A stretch of DNA of 57,924 nt from Selaginella moellendorffii (taxonomy: Eukaryota; Plantae; Lycopodiophyta), in NCBI RefSeq assembly GCF_000143415.4, contig NW_003314310.1, forward strand, positions 1,417,081 to 1,475,004, given 5' to 3'. How positions within the stretch are numbered: the first letter of the stretch is position 1; each line of letters begins with the position of its first letter. The translations under genes were made by a program, and so were the position numbers. Below are positions 1 to 12,355 of this stretch, piece by piece. The notes under the pieces were generated by a model. It saw nothing but the letters and a program-made list of their open reading frames with translations, did not search any database and was not told the DNA's origin.

Positions 1-89
1 ATAAAATATGATTATCATCTATCTATTTTTATTTATTTTATTTAAATTTAAGTCTTTATAACAATATTATTAATTTAATATATTGCAAT

Positions 90-1860
90 AAGAGATCAAA
101 GATAAGGTTTTACTCCAATATTATGGTCTCCATGATAAATAATATTTTATTTTATGCTAAAAATATAATAAATCAAAAGATCAAGTATAGTACATCAATA
201 AATTTAAAAATATTAGATATTTAATTGATGATGAATCACATCTCTTTAAATTGCAGTTTACTGTATTGTGTGGTTATTGTGCTAATGGTATGTCACTTAT
301 TGAAATTGCTTATTATGTACTTTTGTATCAATATATAAATTACAAATACATAAAAACATGTTAAAAATTGATGATATTACACAAATATTAGACTACAACA
401 GAGTCAACCCACAATTCAAGATGATTAATTTCACAAATGATTGTATTAATAAGTACCATTAGAGTTTTGAAAAAATAAATGTACTTTACAAAACAAAATA
501 CATTTGGCTATTCAAATCCTCTATTTTTAAGTTATGGAAAACATGTGTTTCTCTAGTAACTATTTTAACATTATTAAATATTACTTTAAAATATATTTTG
601 TATTATGTTTGCCATATACAAGATTTGGACAATAAACATAAGTAACTTTCAATTTAAAAATATAGTATCAAATAAATTAAATTCTCTTTTTTCATGCATA
701 ATTTAGAATATCATATAAATTTTGGGAACATAACTATCAAAAATTTCAACTCTGAAATATCTTTACTCTAAGATCAAATTTTTTGCTTCAATATTTGAGT
801 AAATATAATCACAATTCCATTTAAATTCGAAAATTTTAATCTTGTTTTGAATTTTAATATTATTAAATTTTAGGAGAGTAAATTTAAATTAATTTCATGT
901 CTGCATGTTTGATTTATTTGATACTATAATATTAAAATTAAATATAATTTTGTTTTACAAAGATGGTTTATAGTAGATATAATTAAGAATATTCATCAAT
1001 GAATATTTATATTTAAGTCTTTATAAAAATTTTATTAAGGTCTTGTATTACAATTAAAGATGAAAGATAAGGTTTTACTCCAATATTAAGGTCTTAATAT
1101 TATAAAAACAACTTATACGAAAACAATAATATATCAGAATATTCAAGTATGCTATATAATACTAAACAATCAATTGATGATGGATCACATTCCTTTAAAT
1201 TGCAGTTGACTGTTTTGTGTGGCTATTGTGTTAATGTTTTCTCAATCATTCTTATTATTTATTATGTTTTTAATTTAATAATAGATAAATTATTAGAGTA
1301 AAGAAGGTATTAGAAATATATGATATTACAAAAATCTTAAACTACATCTGAGTCAACAAAGAAATTAACATAATTAATTTCACAGATGACTGTATTAATA
1401 AGTAACATGAGATTATTAATAAAGTTAAATGGAATTTACAAAACAAAATATATATATCTCTTCAAATCATCTATTTGAAATTATGGAAGATTTATTTTAC
1501 TATAGTAACTATGTTAACTTTATTAACTTTCACATTAAAGTATTATTTTGAATATGGTAGCCATTAACCAACTTTGTATGTGCAAATTTAATAATACAGT
1601 ATCAAATCAATGAAATAATATTCTCTCATAATGTAATTTTTTGGAGCCTACATTTTTTTAAAACAATTTAAATATTAAATACCTTTACTTTAAATCCATA
1701 ATTTGAAGCTTAATTTTTTGAGTATATATAATTAGAATCCATATAAGTTGATTATTCCTCTCAATTGTAAACTTGTAAGAAATTCAATCTTATTCAATTT
1801 TATGAGTTTAAAAAAAATTTAGCTTTACAGCTGCAATTGGTTTTTCTATAAACATTTTTG
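90..1860 (+). pseudogene. Two tandem (~960 bp period) decayed copies of an AT-rich orphan ORF, probably Helitron cargo
   Basis: GATAAGGTTTTACTCCAATA at ~101 and ~1066. Translations LIDDESHLFKLQFTVLCGYCANG (~221) vs IDDGSHSFKLQLTVLCGYCVNV (~1173), and INFTNDCINKYH (~424) vs INFTDDCINK*H (~1372). Stops and frameshifts throughout. Confidence 0.6.
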
Positions 1861-2910
1861 TCCACTACATAAGTGTTAATAATTATGTGTCATGATTCCA
1901 TCATTACAAATTGATAAGTTTTATATAATGTCACAATAATAATTACATTACTTGAGCTCTTCTATAGATGATTTCTAGTTATATAAATATCCGAAGGTAT
2001 ATGTTAACTATGTAAAGTTAGAAGAAAGAAAACATTTATGAATGAGCTAACATTATTAGTCCTAGTGTTATTAAATCATTACTTACAATTAATAATAAAA
2101 GTTAAAATTAGTAAACCCAATATATTTATTAATTTCTAAAAATATTATTTGTATATTTTATTATTTTACTGTGGTTAGTAGTGTGTCAATAGCATTTTCA
2201 AGATCTCTTTTAAAATAGCTATACCATTTACAGTTGGAGACAGATATCATAATCACATTGTTTTAAATCAAAGTAAAGCTTTAATGCTTAATAACATTAT
2301 ATTCTTATATTCCTGATTGATATATTATTAAGAACATAATAATTGTGATTGGTTATAAAATCCCATATATAACTTTATATACCATATTTCTCTTTTAACA
2401 TCTTCTTTTGAAAGTTATGATTAAATAAATGTAATATAAGTCAAGTCACTACTTCGATCATGTAAATAATTTAAAATAGGAGATTTAGGTATCTATTTTT
2501 TCTTTTCCATCATGACTCTTTTTCAAAAATTTGTTAAATATGTGGTAAAAAAATCTATGAAAAATTTAGTTTAAAATTTAGAGATTATATGTAGACCATA
2601 TAATATTTGAATAATTAGTGAAACGTTTTGAAAAAAAACAAAACATAATAGTGTGACTTTTTAAAAGAAACCTCTAGCTTGTTGGTTATTTAAATAAAAT
2701 TTATTACATATTTGTAATGAAATCATATGAAGACACACAAGTCTTTTTCTTAAAAGTGTACAGCATTACAGGAATATTTAATCTTATCAAATTTTTAAAA
2801 TTTAACCATAATAAAAGATAATAAATATAATTTTAAACATTTTAATCTAAATACAGTAAAGTTTAATTTTTATATAATAAAGAAAAACTCTTGAGTCACA
2901 CTTTTGGTAT

Positions 2911-3230
2911 CTGGCAGAGGCACTGAGAGAGAGGCACCGAGCGGTACTAGAGCGCTGAGTGAGGCACTGGTGTGAGAGAGCGGCCTAAGGCACTGGCAGA
3001 GGCGCTGAGAGGAGGCACCAAGCTAGGAATGTGCTAGGGCGCTCAGCAAGGCACTAAGGCACTGGCAGAAGCTGGGGCAAGCAAAGGGCACTGAGAGAGG
3101 GCTGGTTGACTGCATTAGAGCACTGAGCAAGGCGCTAGGGCATGCAAGGCAGAGGTGCTGATAGTGGTGCCAGGCACTTGACATTGGCCAGAGGTGAGTG
3201 TTGGGCGTAGAGGCATGAGGCACCAAAAAG
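2911..3230. repeat. GC-rich degenerate tandem repeat (GGCRCT-based) embedded in AT-rich DNA
   Basis: Recurring ggcact/ggcgct motifs such as ggcactggcaga and ggcactgagaga, with an abrupt composition change from the left flank. Confidence 0.7.
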
Positions 3231-4764
3231 GCATGTTTCAACTCTTGGCATCTTTTCTTGCTGTTTTTGTTCTTTTCCTGATTTGATTTTTGCAATACTT
3301 TGTGGTGTCTTTGCTCCTGAGAATCCCATTGAAATTTTTCACTTTCTTATGCTCTGAATTTAACAAAAGAATTGCTTAGTATGTAGTTTCTCAGCCATTG
3401 GCATCAGAGGAGCATCTTACATGCTTCTCATTGTGGCAGATCTGCATGGTCATCAGGATGGTAAGTTTTTTACTTTCTTTATAGGTGAATTCATTGGTGT
3501 AGAGATTGGGACACATGGTGCTGAGTGTTGGCTAGACTTTGACAGTAGGTTCTATCTCTTGCTGTGGGGTATCAAAAGATTTTAAGTTATCCAGATGGCA
3601 ATAAACAGTGCTCTTGCCAATCTAATCAATGACAAGTTGTAATCATGAGGTGATAAATTATGTATGTCTTTGGTGGTATCACCAGATCAAAATCCAAAAC
3701 TGCCAAAGATTTGAATTCTGTTTAACAGATTATTCTAAGAGAGTGAATATTTATTTTTCAGTGAATAGCTTTATTTTTAATGCTTTACTAATAAAATAAT
3801 TGAATTTACCTAATTTTATTCTGTTTTATAGATTACTATCATATTTGAATATTTAAGGTCAAAATTAATTTTTTAAAATCTAATTTAACGGTATTTGTAA
3901 ATATAATAAGAAATCTTTATTTTATACAGATAGCCTGTTTAAATATCACTATAACATCTGAAACTCAACACCATGTGATAGTATATCAAATATGGATTGA
4001 CTTAGTTTTATCAATGAGTAGGATCATGATCAAAGCTTCAAATGTTAATAAAAAAACTAAAAAATTTCAACAATAGGAGTACATATTATATTTTTAGATG
4101 TAACCTTAACTATTTAAAATTTAACTCATTATTAGAAAAACTAAGATAATGTATGTAGTATTTGATTAAGCAGTAATATATTAAAATATTTTTAATAACT
4201 GTAAAAATAGTTTATTTAGTACATAATAATATGCAATTAGAGTTTCTAAAGCATATATATTTACAAAATATTTTGTTAGTAATTATTTTTTTGACTAGAT
4301 CTGGGTAATAATATACTAAGTAAACTGCAAAATTAAGTAATGTCTTGCTAATAAAAATGAGTAGAGCAGTAGTAATTATTCTATTTGTTTTAATAAAATC
4401 TTAAATATAAGTTTATCCCATGTAAAAATATAATTGATATATAACATATTATTAATAATAGAAATTTCAGGTTTACTTTTTTCTGGTTCGGGTATTTTTC
4501 TAAATATAATCATATTTCCAGATAATAATTTGTATCTAATATTTTTATTAATGAATATTTATTCTTACTTATGTCTAGGAATATATAGTGTTCTCAATAT
4601 TTATATTATCAAGTTTACAAGGATTGATTTTTGTGTTCACCTAACATTTTCTAGGCATAATTCCCTCAATTCTTTTTTCAAAGTAAAATACAATTTTTTA
4701 TACTATTCCAATTTTAATTTTTAATATAACAAAATTATAATATTCAAAACAGTATTTTGCTAAC

Positions 4765-4790
4765 TACAGCATATGCTGGGCAAGTGCTAG
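4765..4790 (+). mobile_element. Helitron 3' terminus (short hairpin + CTAG|T)
   Basis: CAGC-ATAT-GCTG-GGCAAGTG-CTAG|T. Resembles the terminus at 56445-56470 and abuts the helicase remnant. Confidence 0.6.
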
Positions 4791-4792
4791 TC

Positions 4793-5252
4793 TGGTTATA
4801 AAGAAAAGACTGTGTAATGGTGCAAAGTTAATTGTGACAAAAGTTCTAAACAGCTTTTGTAGAGAATTGTAAAAGCTCTAAACAATATTATTGAAAATAA
4901 AGTTATACAAGGACAAGATCAAGGAAAAAGGGTATTACTACCTAGAATTACTTTGAAACCAACTGAAGAAGATATGATTTTTATCTTGAAAAGATAATAA
5001 TTTCTTGTAAGATTAGCATTCTCATTGAATATTTATAAATCATAAGGACAAACTTTAGAAAATATTGGAATTTATTTACCACGAACAGTTTTTGGTCATG
5101 GACAATTATATGTTGTACTCTCAAGAGGAACATGAAAAGAAAAAATAGTCATGTGTGTTGAAAATTATAAAGGCTAAGGACAGTTAAAAATAGAAAATAC
5201 TCATAAAAGTGTAACATACATAAGAAATATTATATATAAAGAAATTCTTTAA
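4793..5252 (+). pseudogene. Helitron RepHel PIF1-type helicase C-terminal remnant
   Basis: Translates to LCNGAKLIVTKV...GKRVLLPRITLKP...KR**FLVRLAFSLNIYKS*GQTLENIGIYLPRTVFGHGQLYVVLSRG...RNIIYKEIL*. This matches the Helitron helicase motifs LCNGTRL, RRQFPVRLAFAMTINKSQGQTL, VFSHGQLYVALSR and NIVYKEVL. Confidence 0.92.
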
Positions 5253-5382
5253 ACTTAAAAAATGGAATCATTATACCTTTCCAGTACAGAAAAAAAACAT
5301 TTCATACTAATGACACGCTCTAAAACAGACCAAAAGTATTCATATGTAATTTTTAAAATTACGAAATAATGTATATAGCACT

Positions 5383-5408
5383 CCTAGTGAAGCTGGAACT
5401 TTTACTTA
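5383..5408 (+). mobile_element. Degenerate Helitron 3' terminus of the helicase-bearing element
   Basis: cctagtgaagctggaacttttacttat aligns with the intact end cccagcgtagctgggacttttgctagt (56445-56471). It lies ~130 bp after the helicase stop. Confidence 0.6.
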
Positions 5409-5639
5409 TAAACAATTATAAGTTTTGAATTATTAATCCAATAATTACATAAGTGAGGTCCAAGTGTACAGCTACAATGCCATATATTAATATTGGTGGC
5501 CGTACACTAATATTAGCATAATGGGATTTGTTAGCTGTTGAATCGGTTTAATTCCACTCGCTCCTATATACAAGCTAGGGTTTTTGGGTTAATTGATATG
5601 TACATTTTTGTATTCTATTTTCATATTCCATGCACTCAC

Positions 5640-6965
5640 ATTGGTGAAGATGAAGGGGATGGCTCTTTGCAAAAGGTCCATCACAGATAGTGAATGGGGG
5701 GAGACTCATCCAGAGGATCCACAAGATCTGGAACACCCTCTTTCGAGCTGGTGGACACACACTAGGCTGGAAAGATTATTTCATGGTCTTGAGAAAACTC
5801 CATGCAAATGTATTCAGAACTCTCAAGCACATGGTGGGGGTTGTAGATAAATATTGGCAGAAAACAATGCGATGGCTTCAAGTCTTTTTGGTCCAGGAAA
5901 ACACCGCAATTTCCACAACAACATATTCATCTACTACGTCAGGGACGCAAGGGCAGGGAATCAATGGCCGGGACGGAGTCTCAGAGTGAGGACTTTGTGG
6001 CCATCCAATGGGAGGCGCAAGGGGAGGAGCGATTCAAGCTTGGGTGTTGGACACGAGCCTTTACAGCTCCTACCCCAGCATGAGGAGAGGGAGGAATCTG
6101 GGCCATCCCTTCAAGGTCATGCAAGAAGAGATGCTTCTCGCAATAGGGGAGGCCCAGCAGATGCCACTAGTTACAGATGACGAGGTGAAGGGACGAATTC
6201 GGGTGCTCCACCAGTCCCCCAAGTGACTTGATGTGGTGGAATCCAAAGGCCTACTAGAGGGGGAAGGTTTCCTAGTGTGGTGGCAACAGCAACTGTTTGA
6301 GGACTTGGATTGGGACCCAGCAGCATGGAGAAGAGGAGCGAATGGATTCTTCATGTAATGAGGTCAAGGAGGCTCAGAATGGTTTGATCATGAACAAGGA
6401 GGCAGACAGGGAGGAAATCCTGAAGCTGGAGCAATCTAGGTGTCAATGTGGAGCAGGTGGTATACAACATGGTTGCCTTTTGGAAACTCCCAGTGCAAGA
6501 GAAGGTATAGCTCACCTCTTGGCTTGTGGCAAACAACGGCCTACTAGTAGGCCAGTGATTCCAGAATGAAGCAGATTGACAGTGCAAGGAGTGTGGAGAT
6601 CTTGAAACGGTCACACATGTGCTGTGGGAATATGACATGGCAAAGGCAGTATAGCAAAGGCGATGAGGGAGCTGGGAAATCTCCAAAATTTTGAAATCTG
6701 GGAAGGGGATGTGCTTCACTGGCTCAAAGGAGCGAGAGGCGCTTGCACAGGACCCCGGCAGTAGTCTCGGAATGGTGGCAGCTTGGGTTGGCAGTGGTCT
6801 GGCTCCACTACTCCATCCTTGATGACAAGGGCAATCCGGGAGACTCAAGGAATGGCACACTAGATGGCTGCCATGTTTTTGCACAGCCGGTGATGACAGG
6901 GTCTGCTGGAGGTGGCACCCACCAGACACCATTCTCCAGGCCGCCAGAGGCGCAGACATAGACCT
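5640..6965 (+). mobile_element. 5'-truncated, decayed LINE (ORF2 C-terminal region with zf-RVT)
   Basis: Trp-rich broken frames. CKECGDLETVTHVLWEY at ~6582-6633 matches the zf-RVT CxxC...ETxxHxxWxC motif of L1-clade ORF2. Confidence 0.7.
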
Positions 6966-7129
6966 CGACACGATTCACTGTAACCAACCTCTGGCTCTTC
7001 TGTTGCACAGTTAGGAACACGCTGGACGTGGGAACACTCGTAGGTAGCACTTGAGAGGTGGCATGCCCAAATTTTTGTACTAGTCCCCATGGGACATTGG
7101 GGAACATACATATATGTTTCATCAACCTG

Positions 7130-8380
7130 AGCAAATGCAAGTTTGGAGTCACACAAGGAGGCTGATGGTTTTGACATCTCGGTTCAGGATATCACTCCTC
7201 ATGCTGAGAAGTGCATGGAGATCCTATAAAATCCTCCTCCAACATCACTTAAGATGGTGCAACGTTTCCTTGGCAAAGCCCGTCTTTTGCTGGTTTATAC
7301 CAGAGTTCGCTGCTACCACCCACCTGTTCCAGCAAGGTTGAATTCAAGTATACACCACAAGCAGACATCAACGTTATGACAAGAGTTGTCACATATTCTC
7401 ATCCTCCTTTTGTTAGAACTTGTGCAGTGTAAATTCACTATTGCAGAGTCAACCACATAAAAATTAAAGACCCAACCTGTGTGTTTTGTGGTGAGTTGTC
7501 TAAGTGTGTCCTTATGAGTTAGTCTCACCTTAAATGACAATTTATACGAACGGTTTGTAAGGCTTGCTATTGCGGTCTGAGAAATTAATGGTCACGTTGA
7601 TACATTTACAAAATTAAAAAGAGATAGCAACACAGAAGAAAAAAAAAAGACTGGGTCCAAAGCAATAAACTTACAATCCTCCTCTTCTTCCTCGTGGCAA
7701 CGCTTCACCTGACCTACTTCTCACCTCCTGAGCAACACAGCCTCGATCTTTTCATCACAGAAACAACCATAACACAAAACAGACAAATAGAAAATGATTT
7801 TAGTAGCTATTACTTTACCGAGACGTTCATGAGGATCTGTTCCATGTGATATCTTTGCCATGTCAGATGATTCCCATCTGGCTCTGGCTTTTAAAGCACT
7901 TCCTTGACAGAGCTTTTGTCCGTGAGATAAAACCTTAGTGCTGTATTCATGGATCTGCACTCTCGCTGACCCGATGCTTGTGGCTCTTATCCTCTTCGGG
8001 GCCCTCCTTTGCCCTCCTTCCGCTGCTGGTCTTCTTTCTTTCCTCCAGCCAAGTGAAAATATGCCCGTGAGCAAAGATCATGACTGGAAGATGGATGTGC
8101 TTTTTACTCGAAGGCTTGCCGGACGTCTCGTTGCTCCCTCCTGATTGATGATCTAGAAATGACAAAGCCTGGGCATTTCCACCTACATCCAAAGGAAATA
8201 CGCACAATAAAAATGTCTCCACGTAGAAATTTTAGACATTTGCCTGGCACTCGATGTATCAATCCTGGCCTTCGTTAGGTATACTTCGAGCAAGCCATCA
8301 TTTTGTCCAGCACAGGCTTGGAAGATGCTCGTTTTCCTCGATCTGCAACCACCGCTTGACAAGCCATGTTTGTGAAATCC
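7130..8380 (-). pseudogene. Intron-containing degenerate gene of unknown identity, with a possible kinase-like fragment
   Basis: Several short GT..AG introns on the minus strand and in-frame stops. DILNRDVKTISLLV near 7155-7195 weakly resembles kinase subdomain VIb (HRDVKxxNLL). Confidence 0.3.
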
Positions 8381-8619
8381 TGCCAAAAAAGAAAGAGGAA
8401 AAGCTAATAAAGAATGAGAGAACTAGCTTGCAGAGTCCCTGTTAATTTTGTGTTGCGTCAAAATACAGACAGAGCAGAAGAAGTGATTGACAAAGATGAC
8501 ATGGCATGATGTGGACCAATCAGGTCGAGAATCTGCATTTTTCTTGATCAGTCTAACCTCTTTAAAATCACGTCCGCTCTTCCATTTAAGGGCACGGTTT
8601 GTACTACGAAGCCGCGGAC

Positions 8620-10266
8620 ATGGCGGCAGTGGAGGATTTGGGATCTCAAGAGCACTACCACTGGATGGAAACAAGCAAGGCTTACAACTCGGATCCATTC
8701 GTGTACCACGTCAATCGATGGACTAATTGGTATAACAATTCGCACCAAATTGTTTTACATCAGTCACGATCAATGATAAAGCCACAACCGCATATTATCG
8801 TCAATCAAGCATATGGCAATCTCATGGCTCCCAAAATTGTGAGCTGAAGCTGCACGCGTTCTATAGGTTTACTAAGCTTTTTTTTATAGGTTCGTTGCTT
8901 GGGAGATCCAAATCTTATTGTTCGTCAAAAAACAATGACCTGGGCCGTGGAGTATCTTAGAATTGCAGATAACCGAGCACGATGCTTCCAAGCAGGTAAG
9001 AAAATGATATTTAATGTTTCACATAAGTAAACAAATAAATAAATAAACTTGTGAAGGTCTTCTTAAGGTTTTGATGAAGCTTTTCTCGGAGACCGATTCT
9101 TACATGCTACAGCAACTGGCTTTGGCTTTTAAATATGCCGCAGGTGTGATTTTTAGCACACATGTCAATAAGTAATAACTTGCTGTCCCAGAAACTGAAA
9201 TTGGTGGGCGTCACATGAGCTACTTGGGAGCAATACAGGGCCTGCTCAAGATGGTAGTCATGTCTCTGGGCTTGTTCTTGTGTAGAGGTTTACTTGTTTT
9301 TTTTAGCTCGAATCGGATGACAGAATATTGAGAGGAAATGCACTTGAAGCCCTCAATAATGCCAGCAGTTCTCGACTAGGTTTGATGAATTTATAAACAC
9401 CATCTATCACTTTGTTTGTTCTCTCTGCAGCAAGGGAAGAGATTGTCTATGGTGATAAGACTTTGAAGTTCATTCTTAACATCATCAACTTGGAATATGA
9501 TAATCGCTGCTTGACTGCTGGTCTGAAACTGCTGACAAAATGTGTTAGAGGAGGTTTGGATCACAAAGCGACTAGTCAGCTCCTTGAAGCAGATGCAGTT
9601 ATCACTTGTATCCAGCTTACGGCATTCTCAGATATTGAAGTGAAAGAGTCGGCAGCTCGACTTTTATGCTTACTTGCGTAGGTTCATATTTTTATAGAAA
9701 GACACACGCTGTTTTTTTTTCTTTCTTTTTTCTTTTTCTACTTGCACTGTCCTTGACACAGGCTCTCTAAGGATGTTCGAAAAGTGTCAGTTGAGAGGAA
9801 AGCCGTTGCAAAGCTCTTGGAATTGCTAAATGACAATGAGCCAAGTATTGTGCAAGCTGCTGCAGCAGCAGCACTGATGAGGTTTGCAGTTATTCAAGAA
9901 AAGTATTTTCCTGATGCTTCAACATGCAGCCTAACCATTAACGTGGACGCCAAAAAACAGCTCATTGATCATCAAGGAGCTTTACAAATTCCTCCATTAA
10001 TAATACCACAGGACGAAGTTCTTTGTCTTAATATTCTTCAGGTTTATAGCATACTATGTTTTACAAGAAACTGAAAATTGTTCATTTTACAGTTGTTGAT
10101 AAATGTGGCGGAGAATCCTCATTCAAGAAAAGAACTACAAGAAACAATTCCAGATTTACGTGAAATAATAGAGAAGTCTCCATCCGCTGTCCTTAAAAAT
10201 TGGGCTAGATATGGCATCCAGCATCTTTTGTTTAAGCACCGACCATTTACCTGGGCTGGTGTCTAA
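8620..10266 (+). CDS. RSPH14: Armadillo-repeat radial spoke protein (RSPH14/RTDR1, RSP8/RSP14-like), about 9 exons
   Basis: ATG at 8620; first intron 8839-8889 (GT..AG). Spliced product: ...NQAYGNLMAPKI|VRCLGDPNLIVRQKTM...EVKESAARLLCLLA|...KLLELLNDNEPSIVQAAAAAALM|SLTINVDAKK...|LLINVAENPHSRKELQE...HLLFKHRPFTWAGV*. This parallels RTDR1 motifs AYGxxAxPK, RQKA, AAGALM, LAExPxxRKxLQ and FKP. Confidence 0.85.
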
Positions 10267-10516
10267 GCTGGGGCTTTGGTTCATAATAAAGGTGAACTAT
10301 CTAGAAAGCAAACCTTATGATTTGACCAAATAACTAGAAAATTCCAAAAAAAACTGTTCAGTCATATGGTATCACAGACTGTAAATGAATGAGATAAGAG
10401 TATTTTCTTGAATAAGCAGTAAATTATGTGTGACTTCTTATCTAATGTTAATTATTCTTGGAGTCCTGATGCACTAGAGCAGTACCACATTCAAATAAAT
10501 AGGGCCACACACAAAC

Positions 10517-11742
10517 TGTAACATTGAGTCACAATGTCCTTTTGTCGCTGAGGCCATATCCTGACAAGGGGCAAATGGAACATCGCTACAGCTAGATTAA
10601 GTTGGAATGCGAAACTAGCTAGTCAACCCAGGGACCTAGGACCTAAAAAGTTCTAAGTGAGGAGCGAGAGAGAGAGAGAGGAGCGAGGGAGGGAGTGCGG
10701 AGGACAGCAGTAGCAACACTTGTGCCATGGCATCAACTCTTCTCCTTCCTCCTCTTCCTCCCCTTTGTCTCTTCTCTCAAAAGATGCTTTTCTGTCGTTT
10801 GGATCTTGATTTCTCTCAAATGGCTGGGAGTTTCTACAATTCCTTTAACTGGAGGCTTGTAGGAGTGGAGCTTCACATCTGCCTATAATGGTGCAGTGAG
10901 ACCTGCCACAGATCTGGAGATATTTGCAGCCAGGGTTAGGGTACTTGGTGTGGGCACAAGAATTACCTGTGGCTGGGATCATGGATTTCTCCTCCTTCAC
11001 CACTTTCTTACCTATCTCTTTTCTCTCTTCTCCCTTTCTTCCACTCTTTTTTTGGTTTCTAATTTTTCAAGGCTTATAATGTTGGATCAGCTAGGAATCA
11101 GTACAAAATTTCACAGAGGGATACCTGTGGGGACTGTTTACATCCTCAGCTCAAGATCTGGCACAGTTGCAGAGATCTCCCCTACCCAAGGTGGCAGGTA
11201 GGTTTTTCACTAGCAGCCAAGGCTGTTAGCATGGCAGCTGTTCGGTCACCCTAATATACAATTTGCACCTTGGCATGGCAGCTAGTTGGTGGAAACATGT
11301 GGCAGTTGACCTTGCAGTCTCGCAAGTGGAATTTTTCACCCTAGGCCTAGCCATAATGGTGGCTAGGAGGACATGGTGGATGATCTTTGGTGCTAGTGTC
11401 ATGGAAATATGGCCTAATGATGGAGAGCTTGCTTTCTTCATTGGATAGTTCAAGAGTTTCTCTCTTGGCACATTCAAAATATTCCTCGAGCATGGATGTG
11501 AGGGGACTTTAGGGGGTTTTTGGATCTAGTGGTAGGGATCGTTGTCACAACAGTGGAGGGTGGCTGCGTAAAAACTGCATCAATCTCGTTCTACTTGATT
11601 GCTTGGATATTGGTCGGATTGATATGGAGCTGCATGGTGAAGAATTTTGGGGTTGTGAGACACAAATCCCTAAGCCCCAAAGTGGAGCCAAGAGGGTGCC
11701 ACATGGTAGTGGCTGAAGCAAAAGCCAAACAAGTGTGATACA
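10517..11742 (+). mobile_element. Probable decayed LTR followed by a degenerate PBS
   Basis: TGTAACA...GTGATACA termini, then tt-TGGACTAAAAGC (cf. TGGTATCAGAGC). The last ~75 bp recur at ~28152-28228. Confidence 0.45.
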
Positions 11743-11889
11743 TTTGGACTAAAAGCTCCAACTTGAAAAGTCGAGAGCGGGAGTTGAACTCCCAATGAAG
11801 TGCTCAAAGAACGAGTATGAAACAATCAAGAAGCAAGCCTCTAGAAAAGGGATACAAGAGGACCAACACATTGACACGTGGAAGTGTCG

Positions 11890-12355
11890 GGACCAAGTCC
11901 AAGATAGACCCAAGATGAAGTTTGAGATGGAGTCTGAGTTAGACCCGAGATGAAGTATGAGATAGAGTCAAAGTTGGACCTGAGATGGAGCCTCGAGATG
12001 GAGTCCGAGATGGAGTCTAAGATGGAGTCCGAGTTGGACCCAAGATGGAGTTTGAGATGAGTTTGAGAAAGAGTCCAAGATGGACTCGACATGGAGTCTG
12101 AGATGGAGTCTGAGAAGGAGCCCAAGAAGGAGTCCGAGATGGAGTCCAAGAAAGAGTCTAAGATGGAATTCAAGATGGAGTTCGAGATGGAGCCCAAGGT
12201 TAAGTCCAAGACTGAGACCAAGATCAAGACTGAAACCAAGTCCGAGTCCGAGACCGAGACCGAGACCGAAACCGAGAATGAGACCGAGATCGAGTTCTAG
12301 TCCAAGTCCAAGAATGAGTCCAAGTCCAAGTCTGAGTCCGAGTCCGAGTCCGAGG
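11890..12355 (+). repeat. 6/12-bp degenerate tandem array (GAGATGGAGTCC / GAGACC / GAGTCC), LTR-associated
   Basis: Directly visible periodicity. The same array type occurs inside the solo LTR at 22560-22775, followed by the same GGTGAAAGCCCAAA motif. Confidence 0.85.

Noticed and set aside
1-2900. Giant-virus (NCLDV) or organellar insertion as the source of the AT-rich tracts
   Set aside because: No viral core gene or organellar gene motif was recognised, and Helitron helicase and termini explain the context better. A viral origin of the orphan ORFs remains untested.
11890-12355. CRISPR-like array
   Set aside because: No unique spacers, a eukaryotic context and no cas genes.
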